DNA from: a virus
Taxonomy: Duplodnaviria; Caudoviricetes
Strand: one strand, 5' to 3'
Virus record (IMG/VR): IMGVR_UViG_3300038436_000160
Coordinates: 1-58,954 of that record
DNA: 58,954 bases
Numbering within the stretch: position 1 is the stretch's first letter; every line of letters starts with the position of its first letter. Positions 9,550-18,987 of the stretch are shown here, piece by piece. The notes under the pieces are model-generated. The model had not been told where the DNA came from. It made no database searches and saw only the letters and a list, made by a program, of their open reading frames with translations. The translations under genes were made by a program, and so were the position numbers.

Positions 9550-10995
9550 TTATAAGACTCCTAAAGGTTCGAAATACGTTGTTGCTGAAATAACTTCGGG
9601 CGTATCGTTGCCGTTGGGGTGCAGATTCATTGCCAGTTCGTAATCTTCACCTGTACCTGGATCATCCTCATTACCTCCGGTTTCAATGGTGAAAATTGCT
9701 TTTGATCTTCCTTCTTGGTCAAAGAGTTCTGAGCCATCCTGCATAGTTGCCAATTGCCATTCGGCTTGTTGGTTTACTTTGTAGAAAACTTCAATGCTGC
9801 AATCTTTGGGAAGAGGTTTAGTTACTAACTTGATGTGACGGAATCCTTTTTGGGTGAATGACTCACCACCGTCGAAGACCAAACCTTCGTAGCGTGCTTC
9901 CGCTTTGTTGTCAGGGTCGATGACGTCTGTTCCAAAAGTAGCTCCGTCTTTCCATGAACAATAAATTTTGTCCTCATACATGGTCAGAGCTCCAATCAAA
10001 ACGTTTTCCATCTTGCCGCGTGAAGGGATGTACTCAAGGTTTAGGGCATAGGGTTCGTTTTTATTGAGGCGGCCATAAGAATAAATGCCACATTTATCAC
10101 TGCCGTTAACTCCCAGAAGAGGTAATCCACCCATGATAGTTACTCCACCTGGATTTACCCAAGCAAATTCTCCTGGCAGTTTTTTAATTCGCAAAAGACT
10201 TGAGGTATCCCAGAAATACAAACCACCACGTACTCCTGCCTGTATCATCAAAAACTCGCCTTGAAGCAAAGCATTAATTCCACGCTCGGCAACCATTCTT
10301 CTTTGGATCCATGAGGGTTGAATTTTGTCCCAAGTCCAGAGCCAGCCTTCTTCGACTTTGTCACCTTTAGTCGAGCCAAACACTACCAGTTGATCTAATC
10401 CAAGTAAGCACTTATTTCGATGGCTTCGGGGAAGATCAATAGCATCCAGATTAAATCCTCCTTCATAGTCGACCATTGCCAAATCTTTACTGTCACAAAT
10501 CAGAAGTACTCCCAGAGCTTCTGACATGGTATGCCAAGCAGGATCACCATCAAGTGTTTGCCAATCGTGTTCTACATCAGTGGGCCAGGTTCCAGAAAGT
10601 TTAATTCTGCTGACTTTTGTTTCAGTAGCCCAATAAAGGTAGGGAATATAATTGTCACTGCCATCATTATTGGTGTATTCAGCTGCACCGGTGATTTTTC
10701 CGTTTGGGTCGGTATAAACCAGCTCCCAAGCACTAGCTCCACCAGCTTTTCTATAAATCTTGCCTGTATCACCAAAGCCGTATAAGTTGCCATTCGAAGC
10801 AGGAACATAGAAGAGAATAAGATCGGTGATAACTGTGTCACTGCCTAAATCCTCTTTTAATCGTTGGTTACATTTGAGAGTGTTTTCTTCACCTCGGATA
10901 TTTAAGCCATAGCCGAAACGAAAAGCCTCTCTGACCCCTTGGAACGGGTCGTCAGCTATTCCTCCTCGAAATCCCTGTAATCTGTATGCATTCAT
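9550..10995 (-). CDS. Tail nozzle/stabilisation protein (P22 gp10-like beta-propeller)
   Basis: Beta-rich, about 480 aa, starts MNAYRLQGFRGGI, follows the adaptor. Confidence 0.6.
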   Translation of the reverse strand: MNAYRLQGFRGGIADDPFQGVREAFRFGYGLNIRGEENTLKCNQRLKEDLGSDTVITDLILFYVPASNGNLYGFGDTGKIYRKAGGASAWELVYTDPNGKITGAAEYTNNDGSDNYIPYLYWATETKVSRIKLSGTWPTDVEHDWQTLDGDPAWHTMSEALGVLLICDSKDLAMVDYEGGFNLDAIDLPRSHRNKCLLGLDQLVVFGSTKGDKVEEGWLWTWDKIQPSWIQRRMVAERGINALLQGEFLMIQAGVRGGLYFWDTSSLLRIKKLPGEFAWVNPGGVTIMGGLPLLGVNGSDKCGIYSYGRLNKNEPYALNLEYIPSRGKMENVLIGALTMYEDKIYCSWKDGATFGTDVIDPDNKAEARYEGLVFDGGESFTQKGFRHIKLVTKPLPKDCSIEVFYKVNQQAEWQLATMQDGSELFDQEGRSKAIFTIETGGNEDDPGTGEDYELAMNLHPNGNDTPEVISATTYFEPLGVL

Positions 10996-10999
10996 ATAT

Positions 11000-11704
11000 T
11001 TATGACCATCGGGTACTTTTTGCCTGTCCCACGAAGACGGCCGATGGTTCCTCGTCCTCGCGATCTTTGGTTTGTTGTAATAAAGCGTGAGCTTCAATAA
11101 CTTCTTTTTCTGCTTCGTTTTTTCTCCCTGGCTCTTTTGCCAGACAGGTTGCTAGTGCTAGTTTCAAAATGGGTTCATCCATCTCTTCAGGAGTAATCGG
11201 CTCGTCAGTTTCTTCAACCATCCGAACCGGGCGGCGTTTGTAAAATAGGTCGATTACCTTACCTGCAACGTCAGAGGGAGGATCTATAAAATATTGATCT
11301 CCGATTATGGCGTAGATTTTTTGCCATCGCCAATCGGTGTGAAGAGAGGGATGGACTATGTCGAGAGAAGGGTGAAAAGTAGGGGCTATCTTGTTATCTG
11401 ACTTACGACTGAGGTACTGGTTTTCGGTGGCTTTGTGGTATTCCTCACCATCTACCGAGATAAAAACCATGCCGCCTGGCTTAAAGTCGAAAGGAAGGAA
11501 GTACGATTCTTTGCCGGAACCGTCAGGATTTAATTCTGTGAGTTGACTGGCGTGTTTACTAAGGAATTTCCAACGAGCAAAGTTACAAGCCCGCACAACT
11601 GCCTTGTTAATCCAGCGATCTTTATCAGCATCTTTCCAGAAACCGCTTATCTTTGAAGCAGTCATTCTGGCGTTTAAGTCTTGTCTATATTCTTGTAATT
11701 GCAT
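11000..11704 (-). CDS. Head-tail adaptor protein
   Basis: DRWINKAV..W.FL N-terminus and YKRRP..DEPITPEEMDEPIL; position in the operon. Confidence 0.6.
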   Translation of the reverse strand: MQLQEYRQDLNARMTASKISGFWKDADKDRWINKAVVRACNFARWKFLSKHASQLTELNPDGSGKESYFLPFDFKPGGMVFISVDGEEYHKATENQYLSRKSDNKIAPTFHPSLDIVHPSLHTDWRWQKIYAIIGDQYFIDPPSDVAGKVIDLFYKRRPVRMVEETDEPITPEEMDEPILKLALATCLAKEPGRKNEAEKEVIEAHALLQQTKDREDEEPSAVFVGQAKSTRWS

Positions 11705-11709
11705 ATGTT

Positions 11710-13374
11710 TTATTGCAAACTTCCGGTTGCCCTGTATCTCTGGATATAAGGCAATAAGGCGTTTCCTGGGCAGTCTGTAGCTGATTCAGGAACTTCCCCA
11801 TGACCAAAAACTCTTTCTTTTGGAATACTTCTTTCTTGACGTAAGTCGTCTAAAACTTTCTGCAGGGTTGTTAATTGGGCGGAAGTGGGGGTTTCGCTGT
11901 TATGGAAGCTGCCGCATAGAACAACTCCTAGCGAGCGATAGTTCATTTTGTTGCTGTCGCAATGGGCACCGATAACATTGTCTGGTCGACCTAAGATCAG
12001 TACGCCATCTCCGTCAAGGGCTCCGGCTATCCATTTGTGGTATCCGATGTCATCCCAACCAAAGCCGATATGAGCTCTCTTAATGGTTTCAAAGCGGGTG
12101 TTATCCCGAGGAGTTGCTGAATGATGGACAATGATGAATTCAGGGTAGTTGGCTTTGTTGAAAGTCTCTACATCTTTATCTCTGGCGGTTACCCTCCGTT
12201 CTCGAGTCCAGGTGATAACTAACCGAGGTGCGTACTTTCCTGAGTCTTGGTTATAGTCCCAAATCTTTTTTACACTGCCATGACCTGATTCGTAGTTCTC
12301 AATAACAATCCCTATCTTGCTTGAGGTAAAACCCGGGCGATCCACAATTTCCTGAATGATCTCTTTTATTTCAGGACTCTCATAAACACTTTCTGCGCTC
12401 CAGTGATCTCCTATAAGCACACCTGCTTCAGCGTGGCCCAAGTTCCATTGAAGCTTGGCGTTTGTTTTACTTCGCAGAGAAGGTCTATTTGATCCGTTGG
12501 AAGCAAAGACTGCGACATCATCTTCGGCTATTCCTTTAATCCAGAGATTCGGCATGCCATTGTTTTGTTGAGAAGAGGTGACAAGTATTTTGGCTGAGAT
12601 AATTTCTGCGCCAGGCGGAATATTCACCGGACTGAAGATAAGACCTAAATCATTTGCTGATTCATTCGGGTCGTTACTGCCGTCATCGCCAAAGGTTGTG
12701 ATGTTGTTTTGGAATCCGCTAGGATACCATGTCGTGTCATAATCTTCTTCACCATCACGGTCATTTCCCTGGATTAAGCCAATGGTTATTTGTTCATGTA
12801 AACCCTGCGGAAGATAGTAAATTTCGAGCTCTGCTTCATAGCCTTCACCCTTACTGCTGTCGTAACAAGTCTTGGAGTTTTCAGCAGGACTTCCATCATC
12901 GGTGATAATAAAAACCATTGCGTTCCCTGGCTTCCATCCGTTTTGAGCGAGGAGTTCTTCCACGACTAGATTCAAGTTTGGTGTTTGAACCCATTCGTGG
13001 ACTTCCCATTTTTTGATGATGTCCCAATCAACAGCGTTTATAGTTTTCGTTCGAGTTGACGGTCGATTTGAGCCATCGGATTTAAATGGAGAGGGATCTG
13101 GCTCCTTAATTCCCTGGATTCTTAAGTTTGTGGTGAAGTCTGTATCATCAGTAAAAGCAGGTCTCAAGCGAAGCCTTGCTAGTAAGACTTTAGAAAATTT
13201 AGGGATATCAATAGCACGGAATCTAAAGGCTCCGGTTTGAGCCCCTGAGAAGTTGCCCAAGGTTATAACGTTCGAGGCATTACCATCTTTATTCCAAGTA
13301 GAAGATCCAGCTTCTTTGCCGTCATCAGAGTTCTCTTGGATTGTTGCTTTGATCTTCAATACTTGGTTTTTCAT
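11710..13374 (-). CDS. Two repeated beta-sandwich (carbohydrate-binding-like) domains plus C-terminal N-acetylmuramoyl-L-alanine amidase
   Basis: Amidase_2 motifs IIVHHSAT, DIGYH, GAHC, GHGE..TDCPG; internal repeat SDGSNRPS. Confidence 0.8.
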   Translation of the reverse strand: MKNQVLKIKATIQENSDDGKEAGSSTWNKDGNASNVITLGNFSGAQTGAFRFRAIDIPKFSKVLLARLRLRPAFTDDTDFTTNLRIQGIKEPDPSPFKSDGSNRPSTRTKTINAVDWDIIKKWEVHEWVQTPNLNLVVEELLAQNGWKPGNAMVFIITDDGSPAENSKTCYDSSKGEGYEAELEIYYLPQGLHEQITIGLIQGNDRDGEEDYDTTWYPSGFQNNITTFGDDGSNDPNESANDLGLIFSPVNIPPGAEIISAKILVTSSQQNNGMPNLWIKGIAEDDVAVFASNGSNRPSLRSKTNAKLQWNLGHAEAGVLIGDHWSAESVYESPEIKEIIQEIVDRPGFTSSKIGIVIENYESGHGSVKKIWDYNQDSGKYAPRLVITWTRERRVTARDKDVETFNKANYPEFIIVHHSATPRDNTRFETIKRAHIGFGWDDIGYHKWIAGALDGDGVLILGRPDNVIGAHCDSNKMNYRSLGVVLCGSFHNSETPTSAQLTTLQKVLDDLRQERSIPKERVFGHGEVPESATDCPGNALLPYIQRYRATGSLQ

Positions 13375-13636
13375 AGTCGTTTTTGCTTTTGCGCGGGACA
13401 TCTAATTTGATGTTTATTCGGGCGTTGGCTTTAACTCCCACGAGCTTCATAATTCTTCGGATCGCTGCTATGGTTTCTCCGCCTCTACCTATCAATGCGC
13501 CGGCATCCTTGTCATCCAGTCGGACTGATAACAGAACTCCCATTTCGTCTACTTTTCTTTCGATAACAACTTTTTCCGGTTTGGCAACTATGGCTTGTAT
13601 GATTTGTTCTAGTAGTGCTACATCGCTTTCTTGCAT
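13325..13636 (-). CDS. khpA: KH-domain RNA-binding protein, KhpA family
   Basis: IVAKPEKVVIERKVDEMGVLL..DAGALIGRGGETIAAIR (GxxG loop); GGAGGTG SD before MQESD. Confidence 0.85.
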   Translation of the reverse strand: MQESDVALLEQIIQAIVAKPEKVVIERKVDEMGVLLSVRLDDKDAGALIGRGGETIAAIRRIMKLVGVKANARINIKLDVPRKSKNDYEKPSIEDQSNNPREL

Positions 13637-13649
13637 GGTTTTCACCTCC

Positions 13650-14237
13650 TTATAAATCTGGCTCTATCGTTAATATGAGTTGTGGAGCATTTGCGGCACC
13701 ACTGTTAAAGTCCCAGACGTTTTCATAGTTGTTGGACGGGCTGGCGTTGTCTTCAATCGCTATGCCAATCGCCTTATTGGTAAATTCAGTCTGGTCAATA
13801 ATTTCCTGAATGATTGATTTAATGTCCGGACTTTCATACCAAGTGTTAAGTACCCAATCAGCTCCCGGTACCCAAGCAACTGTAGCCGTAGTCTTTGGTT
13901 GTTGTGAGGGTCTGTGAGTTGAATCGAAACTCAAAGTACTCGGTTGCTTAATACCTTTAATTGTCCAGACGGGACGCTTAGTTGAGTTAACGGCAGACTT
14001 CACCCGTAGAACGGCTTTCGTAATCTTGACGTTATTTGAAAGAAGCGGTCGTAAAAATCTTAATCCAGCATCATTGCTGCCTGTACCGTCGTGGCCTATT
14101 GATATTTGATTGCTCGCAAAACCATTGGGGTACCATGTTGTGTCGTAATCTTCTTCACCATCATCGGAGTTAACGATAATTCTCAATTTTGAGAACATTC
14201 TTTTAATATTCGCTTGTGATGGTTTAAATTTCGCCAT
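13650..14237 (-). CDS. Single-domain paralogue of the repeated domain in 11710-13374
   Basis: Shares DGEEDYDTTWYP.GF, RPS..KT.A and YESP.IK.IIQEI. Confidence 0.7.
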   Translation of the reverse strand: MAKFKPSQANIKRMFSKLRIIVNSDDGEEDYDTTWYPNGFASNQISIGHDGTGSNDAGLRFLRPLLSNNVKITKAVLRVKSAVNSTKRPVWTIKGIKQPSTLSFDSTHRPSQQPKTTATVAWVPGADWVLNTWYESPDIKSIIQEIIDQTEFTNKAIGIAIEDNASPSNNYENVWDFNSGAANAPQLILTIEPDL

Positions 14238-14241
14238 ATAT

Positions 14242-14538
14242 TTACAATTCGCTAATAACCTCGGCAATTTGACCGGAAACTCCGGAACTAACAACTACCT
14301 GAGCCGCACCTTTGATTTTCAGAGAAATACTGTCGCCGGGATTATCCAAGATAAACGGCGCGTTTTTGCTTGCCGTGTCATCGTGCGCAACTTTAAGAGC
14401 ACTGGTATTTGTTGCTTTACTTTTGATAACAACTTCACATCCCTCACCAACTTTGATATCTGGTAACGGGTACCAGGTATCAGCATCGGTCAGAGTCACC
14501 TGAGCCGTAGTAAATGTCGGTCGACTATCTGTTGACAT
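14242..14538 (-). CDS. Small beta-rich virion protein
   Basis: In the structural operon; beta-strand pattern. Confidence 0.5.
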   Translation of the reverse strand: MSTDSRPTFTTAQVTLTDADTWYPLPDIKVGEGCEVVIKSKATNTSALKVAHDDTASKNAPFILDNPGDSISLKIKGAAQVVVSSGVSGQIAEVISEL

Positions 14539-14548
14539 ATTTTTCTGT

Positions 14549-15157
14549 TTAAAACTTTGGCTGGTCTGCCGTACTTCTAACTCCGGACTTTGCCGTAGGC
14601 TGAGTAGCTCCTTCTTCTGCGCCGTTCAGTTCGACCTCTCGTTTGCGAAGTGCTGCTTCCCGGGCCTCAATTTCTTTCTCGCGTTCTTCAAGAGTTTTGA
14701 ATTTATCCTGGTAGATTTGATCAACACTCTTGCCGCCCTTTAAGTCTGCAGTTTCAATTTTTCTAAAGACGCTTCCGAAATTGGGGTGATTATCGAGATA
14801 TTCAACTTCCTCAGGGTTTGTGGTTTTGTACACGCCCTCATGGAATTGGATGTATGTACCTCGAATAATGAGCACTTTGCCACCGACTTCTTTTAAGTAG
14901 GAGGGGGACATTACCAACTTGAGTTCGTAATAGCGAGAGATATAAACAGTTTCTTTTGGAGTTTGAGCCTTAGCGGTTTTTGGTTGCTGGGGTGCTGGTG
15001 CTGGAGGAATGCCTCCTTGCTGCTCCTGAGCTTGTTTAATGCGTGCAATCAGTTCATCTCGCTTGCCGTCTTTGGAGACACCGAGCAATTTTGCAACGCT
15101 CCAGAGTTCTGCCATTGACATTTCGTCTATTGATTTTGCGTTTCTTTCTTCAGTCAT
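14549..15157 (-). CDS. Phage protein with N-terminal Rho-N/SAP-like helical domain
   Basis: IDEMSMAELWSVAKLLGVSKDGKRDELIARI; strong SD. Confidence 0.65.
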   Translation of the reverse strand: MTEERNAKSIDEMSMAELWSVAKLLGVSKDGKRDELIARIKQAQEQQGGIPPAPAPQQPKTAKAQTPKETVYISRYYELKLVMSPSYLKEVGGKVLIIRGTYIQFHEGVYKTTNPEEVEYLDNHPNFGSVFRKIETADLKGGKSVDQIYQDKFKTLEEREKEIEAREAALRKREVELNGAEEGATQPTAKSGVRSTADQPKF

Positions 15158-15192
15158 ATTTTTTCACCTCGCTTTCTTTTTTGTCTGATTAA

Positions 15193-15272
15193 CAACCCCA
15201 AGACTTGGGTTGAAGGGGTGATTACGCTCACCCCTTCTTAGGCGACTACACTGAGTAAGAAAGTGTGTAGTG
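15193..15272 (-). promoter_or_regulatory. Three tandem hairpins downstream of the capsid gene
   Basis: ACUACAC/GUGUAGU, GAAGGGGUGA/UCACCCCUUC and CAACCC/GGGUUG stems. Confidence 0.6.
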
Positions 15273-15321
15273 ACTTTCGTTGCGTTGCTTTTTTATTCAT
15301 AGGTTTCAGTAATGCTTAGGT

Positions 15322-16491
15322 TTAGAGAGCGCCGATACTCATAATGGCGTGGCGTTGCTCTTGCTCCATTTGCAGTCCACATTCGGTTAGGTACTCATCG
15401 ACCTGACTATCTTCACCAGGGTTTTGACGATTAGTCATAAGCTTGGTGTCACGATTTGTCAGATATCGGTATGTCAAAGCTTCCATGTCTAACCCGACGG
15501 CATAGTTTCCGTAGGTTGTTCCGATTAAGAGCGGATGCTTGATGATGTGCAGTGTGCCGTGTGGAGAATCGTAGGTAACGATTCTGAGTCCATAGGCTTT
15601 GGTCGGATTGACTACTTGGAGTTTCCCTTTTGCCCAGCCATTGATCATCGAAACGACCGAAGCTGAAGCGAAGAGATATTTTTCAGTGTTGCCGTGCGCA
15701 AAGAGACTTTCCAGCCATGAGTCAAACTCAGACTCGGTGTCAACGTTGGCGGTGGCGTAGGTAGCAATCCTTCCTAAGATTCCGCTTGTAAACCTCTTGG
15801 GGTGAGTTCCGGAAGTAAGAATGCCTTTTTTACCAAAGATAAATGTGCGCTCGATATCGACATAATGTTCAATACCTTTTTTGCGCCTCTGGTAGTCAAA
15901 GTCATTTTCTTTCACCCATCCTTGAGTATTTCGGGCAGTTTCAGTGATACCGACCGGAGTTCTGAAAATCTGACAGTAGTTGGACACTTCGGCAATGGTG
16001 GTCGATTTGATATCTCGCAAACCTGCACCTTCCTCATTGGCATTACCAATGAGCCAGACGTCTCCGACTGCTGACGCAGCCGAGCCTGTTGCTCCACCGA
16101 GTTCGGGACCAACTGTTACTGTGTTTGCGTCTACGATAGCGGTTACCTGAAAGACCCATTTCTGTGAGGACACCAAGATGATGTCACCAACTTGAAGATA
16201 CTGCGATTGCCCTGTGACCGTTAAGTTACCGCCATCAGGATCGACAGTGCTTGAGCCGGTAAGCTGTCGCTTTCCAAACTCATCTTCAAACCATTTAAAT
16301 TCTGGGTCAGTGGATTCTTTCTTTTTGAGTGCTTCGCCCTCGCCGGTTGCTGGATCCTTACCAGCGTTTGTTAATATCGCCATTAACGGATATCGGTTGA
16401 CATCCAATAGCGATACAACGTCTGCGACGTCATACTTTCGGGTTGCCCCTAAATTACCTGAACCTCTGATTCCTGTTGCTGATGCTGGCAT
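15322..16491 (-). CDS. Major capsid protein (DUF5309/SU10-like, HK97 fold)
   Basis: FKWFEDE, NYCQIFRTPV.IT.TA, DIERTFIFG, Y.SPHG.L.II.HP; strong SD. Confidence 0.85.
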   Translation of the reverse strand: MPASATGIRGSGNLGATRKYDVADVVSLLDVNRYPLMAILTNAGKDPATGEGEALKKKESTDPEFKWFEDEFGKRQLTGSSTVDPDGGNLTVTGQSQYLQVGDIILVSSQKWVFQVTAIVDANTVTVGPELGGATGSAASAVGDVWLIGNANEEGAGLRDIKSTTIAEVSNYCQIFRTPVGITETARNTQGWVKENDFDYQRRKKGIEHYVDIERTFIFGKKGILTSGTHPKRFTSGILGRIATYATANVDTESEFDSWLESLFAHGNTEKYLFASASVVSMINGWAKGKLQVVNPTKAYGLRIVTYDSPHGTLHIIKHPLLIGTTYGNYAVGLDMEALTYRYLTNRDTKLMTNRQNPGEDSQVDEYLTECGLQMEQEQRHAIMSIGAL

Positions 16492-16530
16492 ATATTTTTT
16501 TCACCTCCCTTCTTTTAATAACGTAGGGAG

Positions 16531-17400
16531 TTAGATTCCTAACCCTCCTAAGGGGCTTTTTGACCCGCTTCCGGCGAGGGCTTTCTGGATGCGTTTTGTT
16601 TCGGCATCCGAGCCATCGGGCTGTGTCGGAGCGCCCGCTCCACTCTCAACTTGAGCTTTGGCTTTTTTGAGCCGGCTCTTTTCTTCATCTGATAATTCCT
16701 CAGATCCATCTTTGTTCTCAGCTTCATCTTTAGCCTTATGCTTGCCGAGGAAAGCATCGACCTGAACACACGCTTCTTTTAGAGAAATCGTGGTTCCTTT
16801 AGCACTGGCTGCGTCCATTATGGTTTGCACCATTTTTCGGTAGTCAGGATCCTGCAGTGGGTGGTCTTTCTTTGCTTCTGCAATTTCTTTGCGAACTGAC
16901 TCACGGATTTTTTCCTGAGTTTCTATAGTCTTTTTGACTCCATCATCAATACGGGAGATTACCCATTTGGCAAAATCCGAAGGAGTCATTTTTTGAAGTT
17001 CATCTGCTGTGGGAAGATTTAAGTTTTCTTCTTCTTTGTCTTTAGCCTTAGAGTCTTCAGGCTGATTTTTTTCATCAGGCTTTTTGTCTTCGAGGGCTGC
17101 GACACGAGCTTCGAGAGTTTCATACTCTTTAATTACTTCTTCACGGCTTTTGCCGTTCCAGCGATCCTTATTTTCTTTGTCCTTGTTTTGGTTTTTAGAG
17201 TCTTTACCCGACTCATCCTCAGAACTTTCGGTGTTAGGTTTCTCGTCTTTGCCAGCTTCAGGTTTTTTGTCTTTATCTTTATCGGCATCTTCAGTTGGTT
17301 TGGTGTCTTTGTTTTTATCAGAAGAATCCTCCTCGTCTGGTGAATCGAGTAGGGCTCGTAGTTCTTCTTGTTCTTTTTGTTTCAGTTGTTCTTCGTCCAT
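16531..17400 (-). CDS. Scaffolding protein
   Basis: Highly charged, helical, directly upstream of the capsid gene; WNGKSREEVIKEYETLE. Confidence 0.7.
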   Translation of the reverse strand: MDEEQLKQKEQEELRALLDSPDEEDSSDKNKDTKPTEDADKDKDKKPEAGKDEKPNTESSEDESGKDSKNQNKDKENKDRWNGKSREEVIKEYETLEARVAALEDKKPDEKNQPEDSKAKDKEEENLNLPTADELQKMTPSDFAKWVISRIDDGVKKTIETQEKIRESVRKEIAEAKKDHPLQDPDYRKMVQTIMDAASAKGTTISLKEACVQVDAFLGKHKAKDEAENKDGSEELSDEEKSRLKKAKAQVESGAGAPTQPDGSDAETKRIQKALAGSGSKSPLGGLGI

Positions 17401-17404
17401 ATAT

Positions 17405-17659
17405 TTATTCCTTTCGTAAATCCTGAGCAGTTTCGTCTCGCTCTTTAATAACGCTGTCGACCATGCTCAAAACTTTTCTGTATGCCTTGATCATTTGTTT
17501 ATGTTCAAGGTCTTCTTCTATGGGGCAGTCCAGTAAATCTTTACTTTCAATCTCCAGCTCTTGATCGATAAGGCTTTTGATAATCTGCCAGCCTTCGGTT
17601 TGGGTCATTTCCCAAACTGCTCGGCCCCGATCAAGTTTTTCGTCAATATTGCTTGCCAT
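17405..17659 (-). CDS. Small conserved head-module protein
   Basis: MTQTEGWQII motif typical of small genes between portal and scaffold. Confidence 0.6.
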   Translation of the reverse strand: MASNIDEKLDRGRAVWEMTQTEGWQIIKSLIDQELEIESKDLLDCPIEEDLEHKQMIKAYRKVLSMVDSVIKERDETAQDLRKE

Positions 17660-17664
17660 AGGTT

Positions 17665-17991
17665 TTATAAGTTCGGATTAGCCGTTTCTTCTTCCTTCTC
17701 CGACTGTTCCTGATCTTCTAACTTCATTTTGTTTTTCTGAGTTAACCCACCAAGAGGGCGTACCTCGTTTTCCTTCATGTCCTGCAAGGTAGCGATTAAG
17801 CTATCCAGCACTTCTACAAAGGTGGAATTGCCCTGAAAGAATGTATTACGGGCGACTGTGAATAATGAGTCAACCTTGTCCCACATTTGAGCTTCATTTG
17901 GCTGAGTCGATGCACCAGCCTCAGGCTTTTTGTCTGCAGGCTTTTGATCCTGCATTGGCGCTTTTGGTTGTTTGTTTTGATCTGGTTCCAT
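17665..17991 (-). CDS. Hypothetical phage protein
   Basis: ORF fits the operon spacing. Confidence 0.5.
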   Translation of the reverse strand: MEPDQNKQPKAPMQDQKPADKKPEAGASTQPNEAQMWDKVDSLFTVARNTFFQGNSTFVEVLDSLIATLQDMKENEVRPLGGLTQKNKMKLEDQEQSEKEEETANPNL

Positions 17992-18000
17992 AGTTTTCCT

Positions 18001-18399
18001 TTAAGTAATTGGGAACGGTCTTTGTGCGTCCCACAGTAATGCTCCGACATATACTTCAGCTGACGGGGTGGACCCGGCAGTAATTGTTACAACTGCCCGA
18101 AAATATCTTTTCTTCCGTTCAATCTGCATCTTGTAGCCAGTGTCTGCTTCAACAGTTATTTCCTCTCCGCCTTTGGCAATGCTTACACTAGAAGAAAAAT
18201 CCGAGGCATCAGACTCCTCAATCTTTACCTTAGTGGAGGTTTGATCGCCGAGGTTCCCGATAGCGATGTCGACAAGACCAGAGTCGTAAGCTGGTCGGCC
18301 GGAGAGATATGAATCAACAGCTACGCCTTCAGTGGTTTCTGTAATTACTCCGATAGGGAGAAGAGTAGCTGGATGGATGTTCTGATTAAGTGTTTTCAT
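18001..18399 (-). CDS. Putative capsid decoration/cement protein
   Basis: Beta-sandwich pattern VKIEESDASDFS..KRYFRAVVT. Confidence 0.55.
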   Translation of the reverse strand: MKTLNQNIHPATLLPIGVITETTEGVAVDSYLSGRPAYDSGLVDIAIGNLGDQTSTKVKIEESDASDFSSSVSIAKGGEEITVEADTGYKMQIERKKRYFRAVVTITAGSTPSAEVYVGALLWDAQRPFPIT

Positions 18400-18413
18400 T
18401 TCTTTTAGTAACT

Positions 18414-18491
18414 AAAAAGGGCTGCAACTTCTAAACACACGCACGAATTGGCGTATATTCAGAAGCCACAGCCCCGATTGTTTCGTTAGGC
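18414..18491 (-). promoter_or_regulatory. Leader attenuator 1 (antiterminator motif overlapping a long terminator)
   Basis: GCCUAACGAAACAAUCGGGGCU, a 24-bp G-U-rich stem, then UUUUU 15 nt before the ATG. Confidence 0.75.
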
Positions 18492-18568
18492 TTTACTTCC
18501 TAATAGCTACAGTCTAGTAAAGGGGAAAATAGTTCTCAATACAGTTTCTGTTACTTTGTGGTGATTAA

Positions 18569-18823
18569 CTAGTAAACACGCTCGCTATAAAGCCTGTTTT
18601 TAAGATCCCGCAGTTGATTGAAGTAGCTTTGAGGGGTAACCATAATCTTATTTGTGAAATACTCATCTACGGTTTTTTCCAACTCCGCAGACCTTCTGAA
18701 GACAAATGCCGCTTTTCTTGGGTTACCACGATCAATGTCTTCCAGCGGAAAAGACATATTTAGTGTTGTTGCCAATGCTAAATCACTAGTTAGGAAAAAA
18801 TTGTTTGTGACATCCTGTTTCAT
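18569..18823 (-). CDS. DUF5659-like small protein
   Basis: FLTSDLALATTL..AAFVF..YFNQLRDLKNRLY. Confidence 0.6.
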   Translation of the reverse strand: MKQDVTNNFFLTSDLALATTLNMSFPLEDIDRGNPRKAAFVFRRSAELEKTVDEYFTNKIMVTPQSYFNQLRDLKNRLYSERVY

Positions 18824-18895
18824 AGTATTTTTGGTACTCTCTGTTAATTAGTAATACGTTTATGTTAATTAATGCCCAGAAGCCGTTCAATAAAC

Positions 18896-18912
18896 TTTCT
18901 GTCACTTTCTGT
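18896..18912. repeat. 17-bp repeat TTTCTGTCACTTTCTGT, copy 2
   Basis: Identical to 375-391; 14/17 variant at 18545-18561. Confidence 0.7.
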
Positions 18913-18987
18913 AAATAAGAAAAGTAAGATTTATCTAGCAAGTAACGCTATTTTCCTGATACATTAGCGGTGTTAAGATTATTAAAT

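Noticed and set aside
8211-14237. Diversity-generating retroelement (repeated fibre and domain sequences)
   Set aside because: No reverse transcriptase in the window; differences between repeats are synonymous rather than adenine-specific
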